A stretch of DNA of 36,919 bases, taken from positions 1-36,919 of the forward strand of contig CAYQMY010000001.1 in the NCBI GenBank assembly GCA_964418735.1, in the 5' to 3' direction. The stretch is from an uncultured Oscillospiraceae bacterium. Its GTDB lineage: Bacteria; Bacillota; Clostridia; Oscillospirales; Oscillospiraceae. Of this stretch, positions 1 to 8,253 are shown in pieces. How positions within the stretch are numbered: position 1 is the first letter of the stretch; every line of letters begins with the position of its first letter. Under the pieces are notes generated by a model, which saw only the letters and a list, made by a program, of their open reading frames with translations, did no database searches and was not told the DNA's origin. The position numbers and the translations under genes were made by a program.

Positions 1-1362
1 CATTCTTGGGAAGCTTTGCGCCCCAAGAATGAGGACGGAAGCTACAGTGTTACACCAACCGGCCCTATGACAGCCATGATAGGCGTCGACTTGGACATTA
101 CGGTAAAGGTACGCCAGACTGCGGAGAAAAAGGGCGTAAAGATCATTGACAAGGTAGCCGTTTCCGATCTGATTACAAAAGACGGTAAAATTACAGGAGC
201 TACAGGCTACAGTATTCTTGACGGAACCTTCTACACCTTCTCTGCTAAGGCAGTTGTTCTTGCAACTGGCAGCCAGAATTATCGCATCGGACCGATGTGG
301 AGCAACGGCAGGGGAGACGGCATTGCGGCCGCCTATCGTGCCGGAGCCGAGCTTCGCAACACCGAGTTCGGAAATTTTGCTCAGCTTGTTCAGTCTCATA
401 GCCATCATGAGTGCGTTTTTGGCGAAAACTATATGTACAACTGCGCCGGAGAGAACGTTACCAAAAACTTCAGGTATTTCCCGGAGGCCGACATAAGCAG
501 CACCGCAATATCGGAGTGGTTTATTCAGATGTCCGCTGCAAGAGGACCGATTTCGCTGAGAATAAAGGAAGACAGAAGCAACGATGGCATGATGACACTG
601 TGGGATCGCCCATATGGTTTGCCATTCTGGAAGCTGAATCATAGGGGTAGCGAAAAGGATAACAACGAGGTTTGTCCGATGTTCATCGGAGAGCAGTCAC
701 CCGTCAAGGTCGGACACGATATGATGACAACCGTACAAGGGTTATATGCCATCGGAGACGTTAGCTACTGCGGCTCGGCGGCGCCGGGTGCGGTTCCCGC
801 ACCTCCCGGACGCAACCGTGGCTCCGGTATACTTAACGCTGTATTTGCCGGTATAGTATGCGCCGAAGGCGCCAGCGATACTGCGATATCCAAAAACGCT
901 TTGCCGCTTGATGAAAAGCAAATAGAGGCGAGCATAGAGCGCGTCTATTCGCCGCTTAGCCGTGAGTCGGGCTGCACCGCCAAGGATGTTATCCGTCTGG
1001 TGCAAAAAGCGGTCGGACCCATGGAGCAGTCCGTATACATGAGCGCCCAGCGCATAGCCATTGCTCTGCGCTATGTTGAAAAGGCTAAGGAGCTTCTTGG
1101 AACAATGAAGGCCGTAGATTTCCATGATCTGCTTGCTTGCCACGAAGCGGAGGCCATGGTGCTTTGCGCCGAAATGCAATTTCGGTCATCTGACATGCGC
1201 AAGGAGTCCAGAGGCTGGTTCCTGCGCGAGGATTATACTCAAATGGACAATAAAAACTGGCTGAAGTGGATAGTTGTTCAGTGCAAGAACGGCGAAATGA
1301 CTTTCCGCACAGAAGATGTGCCCTATAAGAAGTGGAAGGTACAGCCGTATATTGCTGACTAA
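1..1362 (+). CDS. FAD-binding flavoprotein of the succinate dehydrogenase/fumarate reductase/AprA-like superfamily, 5'-truncated by the window edge
   Basis: Frame 1 is open from base 1, with no stop before the TTG at 16, so the N-terminal dinucleotide-binding fold is probably off-window. The product has flavoprotein signatures VVLATGS, GRGDGIAAAYRAGAEL, LYAIGD and a C-terminal RKESRGWFLRED. Confidence 0.75.
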   Translation, partial: HSWEALRPKNEDGSYSVTPTGPMTAMIGVDLDITVKVRQTAEKKGVKIIDKVAVSDLITKDGKITGATGYSILDGTFYTFSAKAVVLATGSQNYRIGPMWSNGRGDGIAAAYRAGAELRNTEFGNFAQLVQSHSHHECVFGENYMYNCAGENVTKNFRYFPEADISSTAISEWFIQMSAARGPISLRIKEDRSNDGMMTLWDRPYGLPFWKLNHRGSEKDNNEVCPMFIGEQSPVKVGHDMMTTVQGLYAIGDVSYCGSAAPGAVPAPPGRNRGSGILNAVFAGIVCAEGASDTAISKNALPLDEKQIEASIERVYSPLSRESGCTAKDVIRLVQKAVGPMEQSVYMSAQRIAIALRYVEKAKELLGTMKAVDFHDLLACHEAEAMVLCAEMQFRSSDMRKESRGWFLREDYTQMDNKNWLKWIVVQCKNGEMTFRTEDVPYKKWKVQPYIAD

Positions 1363-1406
1363 TTTGTCACATCAGAGTCAAATATTGAAGAAAGGTGTTC
1401 GATTTT

Positions 1407-1754
1407 ATGGTAAAGCGTACGTTGGAAGAGCTTAAATCCTATGCCGCTCCCGGTCATTTTAATATGACGGCAATGCGGATACACGGCAAAGAGGAGACAG
1501 GCGCCGAAAAGTTCTGGGTGGGGCTTTCGACCTTTCTTCCGGGCGGAGGCGCGGAGTATGCTTACGAGGATAACCCGCTTGAGAAGTTCTACTATGTTCT
1601 TGAGGGAGAGATGACCGTGGCCGATAAGGCAGGTAACAAATATGTTATCCATGCCGGAGAATCAATATCCTTTGCTCCTAACGAAGGCCGTCATCTCATA
1701 AACGCCTCCAATAAGCCGGCTGTGATGCTTGTAGTCATAAACTATCCGAATTAA
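1407..1754 (+). CDS. small cupin-domain protein (no obvious HxH metal motif)
   Basis: A beta-barrel cupin pattern is visible (FYYVLEGEMTV ... IHAGESISF ... GRHLINAS). I prefer the ATG at 1407, preceded by GAAAGGTG, over the GTG at 1395 in the ORF track. Confidence 0.65.
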   Translation: MVKRTLEELKSYAAPGHFNMTAMRIHGKEETGAEKFWVGLSTFLPGGGAEYAYEDNPLEKFYYVLEGEMTVADKAGNKYVIHAGESISFAPNEGRHLINASNKPAVMLVVINYPN

Positions 1755-1872
1755 CAGTTAACTGAATTATAGTGCGTGTTGCCTGCCCAGCGGGTAACAC
1801 GCAGCACATGCACAATATGTGACCATTATATATGGTTGAACTTGTGTTTAAGCAAAAGGAAGGGTGATAAAA

Positions 1873-2664
1873 ATGGTCAAAGTTGAAAAGGATTTTGCTC
1901 AAAACATGTTTGGTATTCGCGGCAAGGTTGCGCTTGTAACCGGTGCCACGGGCGCTTTGGGCGGCGCAGTTGCCAAGGCTTACGGCTATCAGGGTGCGAA
2001 GGTCGTAATGACTGCCCGAAACGCTGAAAAGCTCAGGGAGCTGGAGGCTGAGTTCAAGACCGAAGGTATAGAGTGCTCGATCTATGCTGCCGATCCCGGG
2101 TCCGAATCCGATGTTAATAAGCTAATAGGCTTTGCGATTGAGAAATACGGTGAACTCAACATCCTCGCGGTCTGCCATGGATACAACAGCCCCAAGGGAA
2201 TTCTGGAGCAGAGCGTTGAGGAATGGCAGAAGATTATGGACGCCGACCTTAAGAGCGTTTACGTTGTCTGCAAGGCAGCGGCCGAGCAAATGGTGGCGCA
2301 GAACAAGGGCGGAAAGCTTGTCGTTACCTCGTCCGCGCGCAGCAAGATGGGCATGAAGGGCTACACGGGCTACTGCGCGTCCAAGGGCGGCTGTGATCTG
2401 ATGATTCAGTCTATGGCAATTGATCTTGCCCCCTATCACATAAACGTCAACACAATTAATCCGACCGTTTTCCGTTCTGAGCTTACAGCGTGGATGTTTG
2501 ACCCCGAGTCCGCAGTCTACCAGAACTTCTTAAAGCGCCTTCCAATTGGGCGTCTGGGCGAGGTGCAGGACTTTATTGGGCTTGCAACCTTCCTCGCGTC
2601 ACCGGCATCGGACTTTTTGACGGGCGGAAACTATGACGCCACTGGCGGATACTGGAGCAACTGA
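1873..2664 (+). CDS. short-chain dehydrogenase/reductase (SDR); candidate phloroglucinol reductase by context
   Basis: It has the Rossmann motif TGATGALGG, a catalytic Ser (SSARS) and the YxxxK motif (YCASK). AAGGAAGGG lies 8 nt before the ATG at 1873. The functional sub-call rests only on neighbourhood. Confidence 0.85.
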   Translation: MVKVEKDFAQNMFGIRGKVALVTGATGALGGAVAKAYGYQGAKVVMTARNAEKLRELEAEFKTEGIECSIYAADPGSESDVNKLIGFAIEKYGELNILAVCHGYNSPKGILEQSVEEWQKIMDADLKSVYVVCKAAAEQMVAQNKGGKLVVTSSARSKMGMKGYTGYCASKGGCDLMIQSMAIDLAPYHINVNTINPTVFRSELTAWMFDPESAVYQNFLKRLPIGRLGEVQDFIGLATFLASPASDFLTGGNYDATGGYWSN

Positions 2665-2665
2665 T

Positions 2666-3604
2666 ATGAAAGAGATAAAAAATGTTGTCGTAGTCGGAGC
2701 TGGCATGATGGGCAATGCCCTGGCTCAGGTTTTTGCCTCCGACGCTAAGCTGAACGTAGTTCTTAAGACCCGTTCTTTGAAGGACGACCGCTATGAGGCG
2801 ATAGAAAACAACCTCGACATTATGATTGCCAGAGGAGCCGCGACAGAGGAAGAAAAGAAGGCCATAATAAGCCGCATTAACTTTGTAACAGACGATGCGC
2901 AAGCGTACACAGATGCAGATTTCGTCATCGAGTGCTATCCGGAGGTTATGGAGACAAAGCAGGAGCTTTTTGCCTGCGTGGAAAAATACTGCCGCGACGA
3001 TTGCATCCTCGCAACAAACACCTCGGTTATGAGCCCGACGGAGATTTCCGCAAAATGCAAGCACAGAGAACGTGTGGTCGGCGCTCACTTCTGGAATCCG
3101 GGACATTTGATACCGCTTGTTGAGGTGGTAAAGTCTGACTTCACCAGCGAGGAGGTTATGCAGGCCACCATAGAGCTTCTAAACCGCGTTGGCAAGAAAC
3201 CTATTTATTGCAAAAAGGATGTTCCCGGCTTTGTCGCTAACCGCCTGCAGCACGCCCTCTGGAGAGAAGCGTTTTACATGGTTGAAAACGGTATCGCAGA
3301 CCCCGAAACCGTTGACGACGCCTGCAAATACGGTCCTGGTCTGCGCTGGCCGGTCATGGGTCCGATGGAAAATTCGGATCTGGTCGGCATAGAGCTTACA
3401 AACAACATTCATAAATACATACTTAAGCACCTTGCCGACAACCACGAGCCCTCTCATATTCTCGAAGAGATGCTGGCGAGGGGAGATCTCGGTTTCAAAA
3501 GCGGTAAGGGCTGGCAGGAGTGGACGCCCTCGCAGATGAAGGCCTCCGCTAACGGCCTTAAGGAGTACCTCATAGACTACGCCGCCTCAAAGCGCAAGAA
3601 ATAG
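2666..3604 (+). CDS. 3-hydroxyacyl-CoA dehydrogenase-fold NAD(P) oxidoreductase; candidate 3-hydroxy-5-oxohexanoate dehydrogenase by context
   Basis: It has VVVVGAGMMGNALA (GxGxxG) and GAHFWNPGHLIPLVEV (the HxFxP/E signature of the 3HCDH family). The ATG at 2666 sits 2 nt after the SDR stop. The 2633 start in the ORF track would overlap the SDR gene. Confidence 0.85.
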   Translation: MKEIKNVVVVGAGMMGNALAQVFASDAKLNVVLKTRSLKDDRYEAIENNLDIMIARGAATEEEKKAIISRINFVTDDAQAYTDADFVIECYPEVMETKQELFACVEKYCRDDCILATNTSVMSPTEISAKCKHRERVVGAHFWNPGHLIPLVEVVKSDFTSEEVMQATIELLNRVGKKPIYCKKDVPGFVANRLQHALWREAFYMVENGIADPETVDDACKYGPGLRWPVMGPMENSDLVGIELTNNIHKYILKHLADNHEPSHILEEMLARGDLGFKSGKGWQEWTPSQMKASANGLKEYLIDYAASKRKK

Positions 3605-3645
3605 CTTTACGTGGCGCAAATTAATAATTTTGGAGTGAAATAACA

Positions 3646-4584
3646 ATGGGAAAGAAAGTATTCGTAGATTTGTCACATCCGTTTAGTGCGGAAATACCGC
3701 GCTGGCCATATTTTGACAAGCCGGTAATTGATAATAACCACACCATGGCAAAGGGCGGAGTTCTGACACAGAAGATTACCTGCACCATGCACACGGGCAC
3801 ACACGCCGATGCTCCCCGTCACGTTATGGAAAAGGAATTCGACGGCAGAAGAGCCCGTTACACCCACGAAATGCCTGTTGACGCTTACACCGGTGATGCC
3901 GTGTGCCTTCCGATAGAGGTTGAGCGCTGGGGACTTATCGGACCGGAGCATCTTGAAGCGGCCTGCAAAAAGGTCGGCATCAAGCCGGAAGAGCTTGAGG
4001 GCATGGTCGTCTGCCTCAACACAGGAATGCACCGCAAGTTTGATGATTCCAAGGAGTACTATCACTATTCCTGCGGAACGGGTGTTGAAGCCGGAAAATG
4101 GTTTGTCAAGCACAAGGTTAAGTGCGTCGCTATGGACAGCCAGGCACTGGATCATCCGCTGCACACCGCGATGGGCAATAACGGAATGACCCGCATGAAC
4201 CTTTTAGGCGCTTCGGGCAAACCCATCACCGAGGAGTACGCAGAGCAGTTTGGCGAAGAGGCTTATGCCGAATTTGATAAAGAGGTCTACATCAAGCTTC
4301 ACGGCAAGGAAGCCTATGACAAGAAGTTCGGAGATTTAGAGGAGCTTGGCTGCTGGGGCACTTGGGAGCCCTGCCATAAGCAGATGCTGGGCCACGGCAT
4401 AGTCGGCGTTGAAAACCTCGGCGGAGATTTGGATAAGGTCTCCGGAAAGCGCTTCCGTTTCTACTGCTTCCCGCTTCGATGGTATCTGGGCGACGGCTCC
4501 ATGGTTCGCTGCGTAGCCGAAATCGACGAGGGCGATATAAATGACGTTCCTGACAGGACCTATACCTACGGCGGAAATATTTAG
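3646..4584 (+). CDS. cyclase-family metal-dependent hydrolase (kynurenine formamidase-like fold); candidate dihydrophloroglucinol cyclohydrolase by context
   Basis: It carries the HTGTHADAPRH metal-binding motif (HxGTHxDxPxH) typical of the putative-cyclase family. A GGAG lies upstream of the ATG. Confidence 0.8.
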   Translation: MGKKVFVDLSHPFSAEIPRWPYFDKPVIDNNHTMAKGGVLTQKITCTMHTGTHADAPRHVMEKEFDGRRARYTHEMPVDAYTGDAVCLPIEVERWGLIGPEHLEAACKKVGIKPEELEGMVVCLNTGMHRKFDDSKEYYHYSCGTGVEAGKWFVKHKVKCVAMDSQALDHPLHTAMGNNGMTRMNLLGASGKPITEEYAEQFGEEAYAEFDKEVYIKLHGKEAYDKKFGDLEELGCWGTWEPCHKQMLGHGIVGVENLGGDLDKVSGKRFRFYCFPLRWYLGDGSMVRCVAEIDEGDINDVPDRTYTYGGNI

Positions 4585-4620
4585 GTAAACACTGAATTTT
4601 ATTAAAAAGGAGAACTTAAA

Positions 4621-5466
4621 ATGGCAGATATTAAAAATAAGAGAATTATAACCGTTGCCACGACGGGAGCTTGGCCAACAAAGGATAACACTCCGAATGT
4701 GCCTATAGAGCCGGCTGAAATTGCCGAGGAAATCTATAATTGCTGGAAAGCTGGCGCGGCGATTGCTCACATCCATTGCAGAGACAACGAAGGAAAGGCT
4801 GCAATGATTTTTGAGAAGTTTGAGGAGACGGTAAAACTTCTGCGTGCCAAAAAGGACTGTGACATAATAATCAACCTCACCACCTCGGGCGGTGTTAACC
4901 TCCTTGAGGAGGACAGAATAAAGCCTTTCTACGAGCTTGTGCCGGATATGGCCTCCTATGACTGCGGAACTATGAACTGGCAGAATGTCACGGTATTCGA
5001 GAACAATCCCAAGTTCCTTGAAAAGCTCGGAACACTTATGCAGGAAAAGGGAGTCAAGCCTGAAATTGAGGTTTTTGATCCCGGTATGATTTACAACGCA
5101 GGATATCTTTTGAAAAAGGGCTTTATTAAAGCGCCGCTCCACTTCCAGTTTTGCATGGGCGTGCCCGGCGGAATCGGAGCTTCGACTAAAAACCTCGTAT
5201 TCATGAAGGACACGATGGAAGCGGTAGCACCCGGCTCCACATGGTCCGCGTTCGGCGTTGGCGCTGGAGCAATGGAAATTCTTTACGCGACTATAGCAAT
5301 GGGCGGTAATATCCGTGTGGGCATGGAGGACAATGTCTATTACAAAAAGGGCGTTTTGGCGGACAGCAACATGCAGTTTGTTTCCCGTGCAAAGCGGATT
5401 ATAGAGGAATTCGGCTGCGAAGCGGCTACGCCCGCCGAAGCCAGAGAAATACTTGGCCTTAAATAA
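4621..5466 (+). CDS. beta-keto acid cleavage enzyme (BKACE/DUF849, Kce family); candidate triacetate acetoacetate-lyase by context
   Basis: The N-terminus ITVATTGAWPTKDNTPNVPIEPAEIAEE, the IAHIHCRD motif (His-x-His zinc ligands) and IRVGMEDN (Glu ligand) are hallmarks of the 3-keto-5-aminohexanoate cleavage enzyme family. An AAAGGAGAA RBS is present. Confidence 0.85.
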   Translation: MADIKNKRIITVATTGAWPTKDNTPNVPIEPAEIAEEIYNCWKAGAAIAHIHCRDNEGKAAMIFEKFEETVKLLRAKKDCDIIINLTTSGGVNLLEEDRIKPFYELVPDMASYDCGTMNWQNVTVFENNPKFLEKLGTLMQEKGVKPEIEVFDPGMIYNAGYLLKKGFIKAPLHFQFCMGVPGGIGASTKNLVFMKDTMEAVAPGSTWSAFGVGAGAMEILYATIAMGGNIRVGMEDNVYYKKGVLADSNMQFVSRAKRIIEEFGCEAATPAEAREILGLK

Positions 5467-5471
5467 AGGGA

Positions 5472-5514
5472 TTCAGATGAAGCGGCATCTATTCTGTATG
5501 CCGCTTCATCTGAA
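5472..5514 (+). other. perfect 17-bp stem / 9-nt loop hairpin between the BKACE and thiolase genes (intra-operon stem-loop or leaky terminator)
   Basis: ttcagatgaagcggcat (5472-5488) pairs perfectly with atgccgcttcatctgaa (5498-5514). No U-tract follows on the + strand. Confidence 0.5.
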
Positions 5515-5582
5515 AAGCCGTGCTGAATATAAAAAAGCAAACGGATTAGCCCTAACTAGATAAATAGTGTGGAGGTTCTTCA

Positions 5583-6773
5583 GTGAAAGAAATATATATA
5601 GTAAACTGCTGCAGAACTGCCGTAGGCAGTTTCGGAGGAAGCTTAAAAGATACGAAGGCAGCGGAATTGGGTGCTGTCGTGATTAAGGAAGTTTTGGAAC
5701 GCAGCGGTGTAAAGGCCGAGCAGGTAGATGAGGTTGTGTTCGGATGTGTGCTTACGGCTGGACAGGGACAGAATGTTGCCCGTCAGGCCGCAATAGGGGC
5801 TGGTCTGCCCGTAGAGGTTCCTGCATTTACGCTGGATATGGTCTGCGGCTCCGGAATGAAAGCTGTCATTGAGGCAGCGAGAGCGATAATCGCGGGAGAT
5901 GCCGATATTGTTGTTGCGGGCGGTACCGAAAACATGTCCGCCGCACCATATGCCGTACCTGCTGCCCGCTGGGGCGCAAGAATGGGTGAGAGCAAAATGG
6001 TTGACACTATGGTCAACGACGCGCTTTGGGATGCTTTCAACAATTACCACATGGGCATTACCGCCGAAAACGTGTGCCAGCAGTGGGGCCTCACGCGTGA
6101 AGAGCTGGATGAGCTTGCACTTTCCTCTCAGGTTAAAGCGGGCGCCGCAAAAGCTGCCGGAAAATTTGAAAATGAAATAGTGCCTGTAGCAATCAAGACG
6201 AAAAAAGGTACATTAAGCTTTGAGGCCGATGAGTACCCGAGAAGCGATACCAGCGCGGAAATGCTTGCAAAGCTAAGGCCCGCTTTTAAAACCGACGGGG
6301 GCAAGGTGACAGCCGGAAACGCCTCCGGAATCAACGACGGAGCAGCGGCTATTCTGGTCGCATCGGAAGAAGCTGTTAAAAAATACGGACTGAAACCAAT
6401 GGCAAAGCTTGTAGGCTGGGGACAGGGCGGAGTAGACCCAAAGATCATGGGAGTCGGGCCGGTGCCTGCGTCGAAAAACGCTCTCAAAAAAGCTGGGCTG
6501 ACGATTTCGGACATCGACCTTGTGGAAGCGAACGAGGCTTTTGCCGCGCAGGCTCTTGCCGTGTCACGGGAACTGGGCTTTGACATGAAAAAGGTCAACG
6601 TAAACGGTGGAGCGATTGCCATAGGTCATCCTGTTGGTGCCTCCGGTGCTCGCATTATTGTTACTCTCCTCCATGAGATGCAGAAGCGGCCGGACGCAAA
6701 GCGCGGACTCGCAACACTTTGTATCGGCGGAGGAATGGGAACAGCGACCGTATTTGAAAAGTGCGGTTCATAA
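5583..6773 (+). CDS. atoB: acetyl-CoA C-acetyltransferase (thiolase II)
   Basis: It has the nucleophile Cys motif [21 protein letters not shown] (His) and CIGGGMG (the second catalytic Cys). The GTG start lies 7 nt after GGAGG. Confidence 0.93.
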   Translation: MKEIYIVNCCRTAVGSFGGSLKDTKAAELGAVVIKEVLERSGVKAEQVDEVVFGCVLTAGQGQNVARQAAIGAGLPVEVPAFTLDMVCGSGMKAVIEAARAIIAGDADIVVAGGTENMSAAPYAVPAARWGARMGESKMVDTMVNDALWDAFNNYHMGITAENVCQQWGLTREELDELALSSQVKAGAAKAAGKFENEIVPVAIKTKKGTLSFEADEYPRSDTSAEMLAKLRPAFKTDGGKVTAGNASGINDGAAAILVASEEAVKKYGLKPMAKLVGWGQGGVDPKIMGVGPVPASKNALKKAGLTISDIDLVEANEAFAAQALAVSRELGFDMKKVNVNGGAIAIGHPVGASGARIIVTLLHEMQKRPDAKRGLATLCIGGGMGTATVFEKCGS

Positions 6774-6792
6774 AACTAGCAGGAGGAAATTA

Positions 6793-7482
6793 ATGCCAAA
6801 GTTTATTACACTTAAGGAAGCTGTCGCCATGATCCCGGACGGGGCGTCAATAATGGTGGGCGGTTTTATGGGTTGCCGCAATCCGCACAATGTCATCGAT
6901 GAACTGTCGAAAAGCGGAAAGGGCAACTTTACACTGATATGCAACGACGGCGCGAAGCCCGGCGGCCCCACTGGCGAGGAGTATTACGGTGTAGCCAAGC
7001 TTATACATAATCACCAGGTTAAGCATCTGGTTGCGACACATGTGGGCCTCAATCCCGAGGTTGGAGCTCAGATGAACGACGGGTCGATGAAGGTCGACCT
7101 GATTCCCCAAGGCTCATTTGCTGAAATGATACGTGCCGGGGGAGCCGGACTCGGAGGCGTGCTAACGCCGACGGGCGTCGGAACCATAATTGAGGACAAC
7201 AAGGAATTCACCCATTCCGTACAGGAAATCGACGGAAAGAAGTATCTGCTGATGAGACCGATACGCGCTGATTTTGCTCTTATCAGCGGCTTTAATGTGG
7301 ATAAAGCGGGCAACGTTTGGTACAAGGGCGCTACCCGCAACTTCGCTCTCGCGATGGCGACAGCAGCGGATGTGGTTATTGTTGAGGCCGACAATGTCGT
7401 CGAGATCGGCGAAATAGAGCCTGAAAACGTAATGACGCCGGGTGTTATCGTGGATTATGTCATTGACGGGGGTAAAGCCTAA
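6793..7482 (+). CDS. atoD: 3-oxoacid/acetoacetate CoA-transferase subunit A
   Basis: MPKFITLKEAVAMIPDGASIMVGGFMGC is a typical subunit A N-terminus. The ATG at 6793 follows AGGAGGAAA. The ORF-track start at 6634 would overlap the thiolase by 140 nt. Confidence 0.9.
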   Translation: MPKFITLKEAVAMIPDGASIMVGGFMGCRNPHNVIDELSKSGKGNFTLICNDGAKPGGPTGEEYYGVAKLIHNHQVKHLVATHVGLNPEVGAQMNDGSMKVDLIPQGSFAEMIRAGGAGLGGVLTPTGVGTIIEDNKEFTHSVQEIDGKKYLLMRPIRADFALISGFNVDKAGNVWYKGATRNFALAMATAADVVIVEADNVVEIGEIEPENVMTPGVIVDYVIDGGKA

Positions 7483-8141
7483 TGGAAAAAGAGAAGATAA
7501 AAAGCTATATTATCGCCCGTGCCGCGAAGGAATTAAAGGACGGCGATGTAGTTAACCTTGGAATAGGTATGCCAACAATGATTCCATCGTTCCTTCCGGA
7601 AAACGTTAAGGTCACAGTTCAGGCCGAAAACGGTCTGATGGGAGTCGTACCCTGTGTGGGGGAATCCTTGGAGCACAGCCTTTACAGCGTCGACGCGGGT
7701 GCTACGCCTGTTATGGTATCGCCCGGCGGGTGCTATTTTGATTCGTGTGTATCCTTCGGCCTCATCAGGGGCGGACACATAGACGCTACAATGCTGGGTG
7801 CGCTTGAGGTTGACGAGAAGGGCAATATTTCAAACTGGATTATACCTGGCAAAAAGCTTCCCGGCATGGGCGGTGCCATGGATCTCGTGGTGGGAGCCAA
7901 AAAGGTAATCGTCACAATGGAACATACCCAAAAGGGGGAGCCCAAGATACTTAAAAATTGCCGGTTGCCCTTGACGGCGCTTAATTGCGTAGACTTGATT
8001 ATCACGGAAATGGGTGTAATGGAGGTTACGGATAAGGGTCTTGTGCTTACGGAAATAAACCCCGAGTATACACCGGAAGAGGTGCAGAGGGTTACCGAGG
8101 CCGAGCTCATTATTTCTCCCGAGCTTAAACCCATGGCCTGA
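7482..8141 (+). CDS. atoA: 3-oxoacid/acetoacetate CoA-transferase subunit B
   Basis: The catalytic glutamate motif is AENG (VQAENGLMG). The start overlaps the subunit A stop (TAATG), which suggests translational coupling. Confidence 0.9.
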   Translation: MEKEKIKSYIIARAAKELKDGDVVNLGIGMPTMIPSFLPENVKVTVQAENGLMGVVPCVGESLEHSLYSVDAGATPVMVSPGGCYFDSCVSFGLIRGGHIDATMLGALEVDEKGNISNWIIPGKKLPGMGGAMDLVVGAKKVIVTMEHTQKGEPKILKNCRLPLTALNCVDLIITEMGVMEVTDKGLVLTEINPEYTPEEVQRVTEAELIISPELKPMA

Positions 8142-8253
8142 ATAACGTCAAAAAGACGAGCCCGCGGTATATCTTTTTCTCTCGCATTCGCTCCGCTCTC
8201 CATAGCTTAAGGAGAAAATGTTTTATTAAAGACTTTTTATTAGGAGAAAGAAC

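Noticed and set aside
4336-5142. 268-aa minus-strand ORF spanning the cyclase/BKACE junction
   Set aside because: It is antisense to two well-supported + strand genes and crosses their intergenic RBS. No motifs are present. It is a typical shadow ORF.
4621-5466. Reading the BKACE as Kce of the lysine fermentation pathway
   Set aside because: There are no lysine 2,3-aminomutase, beta-lysine 5,6-aminomutase, 3,5-diaminohexanoate dehydrogenase or 3-aminobutyryl-CoA ammonia-lyase genes nearby. The neighbours (SDR and cyclase-family hydrolase) do not fit that pathway.
6634-6792. N-terminal extensions in the ORF track: CoA-transferase A from 6634, and likewise 2633 for the HAD gene, 20573 for crotonase, 24579 for the nitroreductase-like gene and 35964 for AraC
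   Set aside because: Each extension overlaps the preceding gene and lacks an RBS. An internal ATG with a good Shine-Dalgarno sequence just after the upstream stop gives the conserved family N-terminus.
2666-8141. Reading the HAD-fold dehydrogenase + BKACE + CoA-transferase + thiolase set as an L-carnitine dehydrogenase pathway
   Set aside because: The gene set overlaps that of carnitine catabolism. However, there is no betainyl-CoA thioesterase or betaine-handling gene, and no BCCT or ABC quaternary-amine transporter. The SDR and cyclase genes inside the block would be left unexplained. The phloroglucinol pathway accounts for every gene. This still needs a phylogenetic check.
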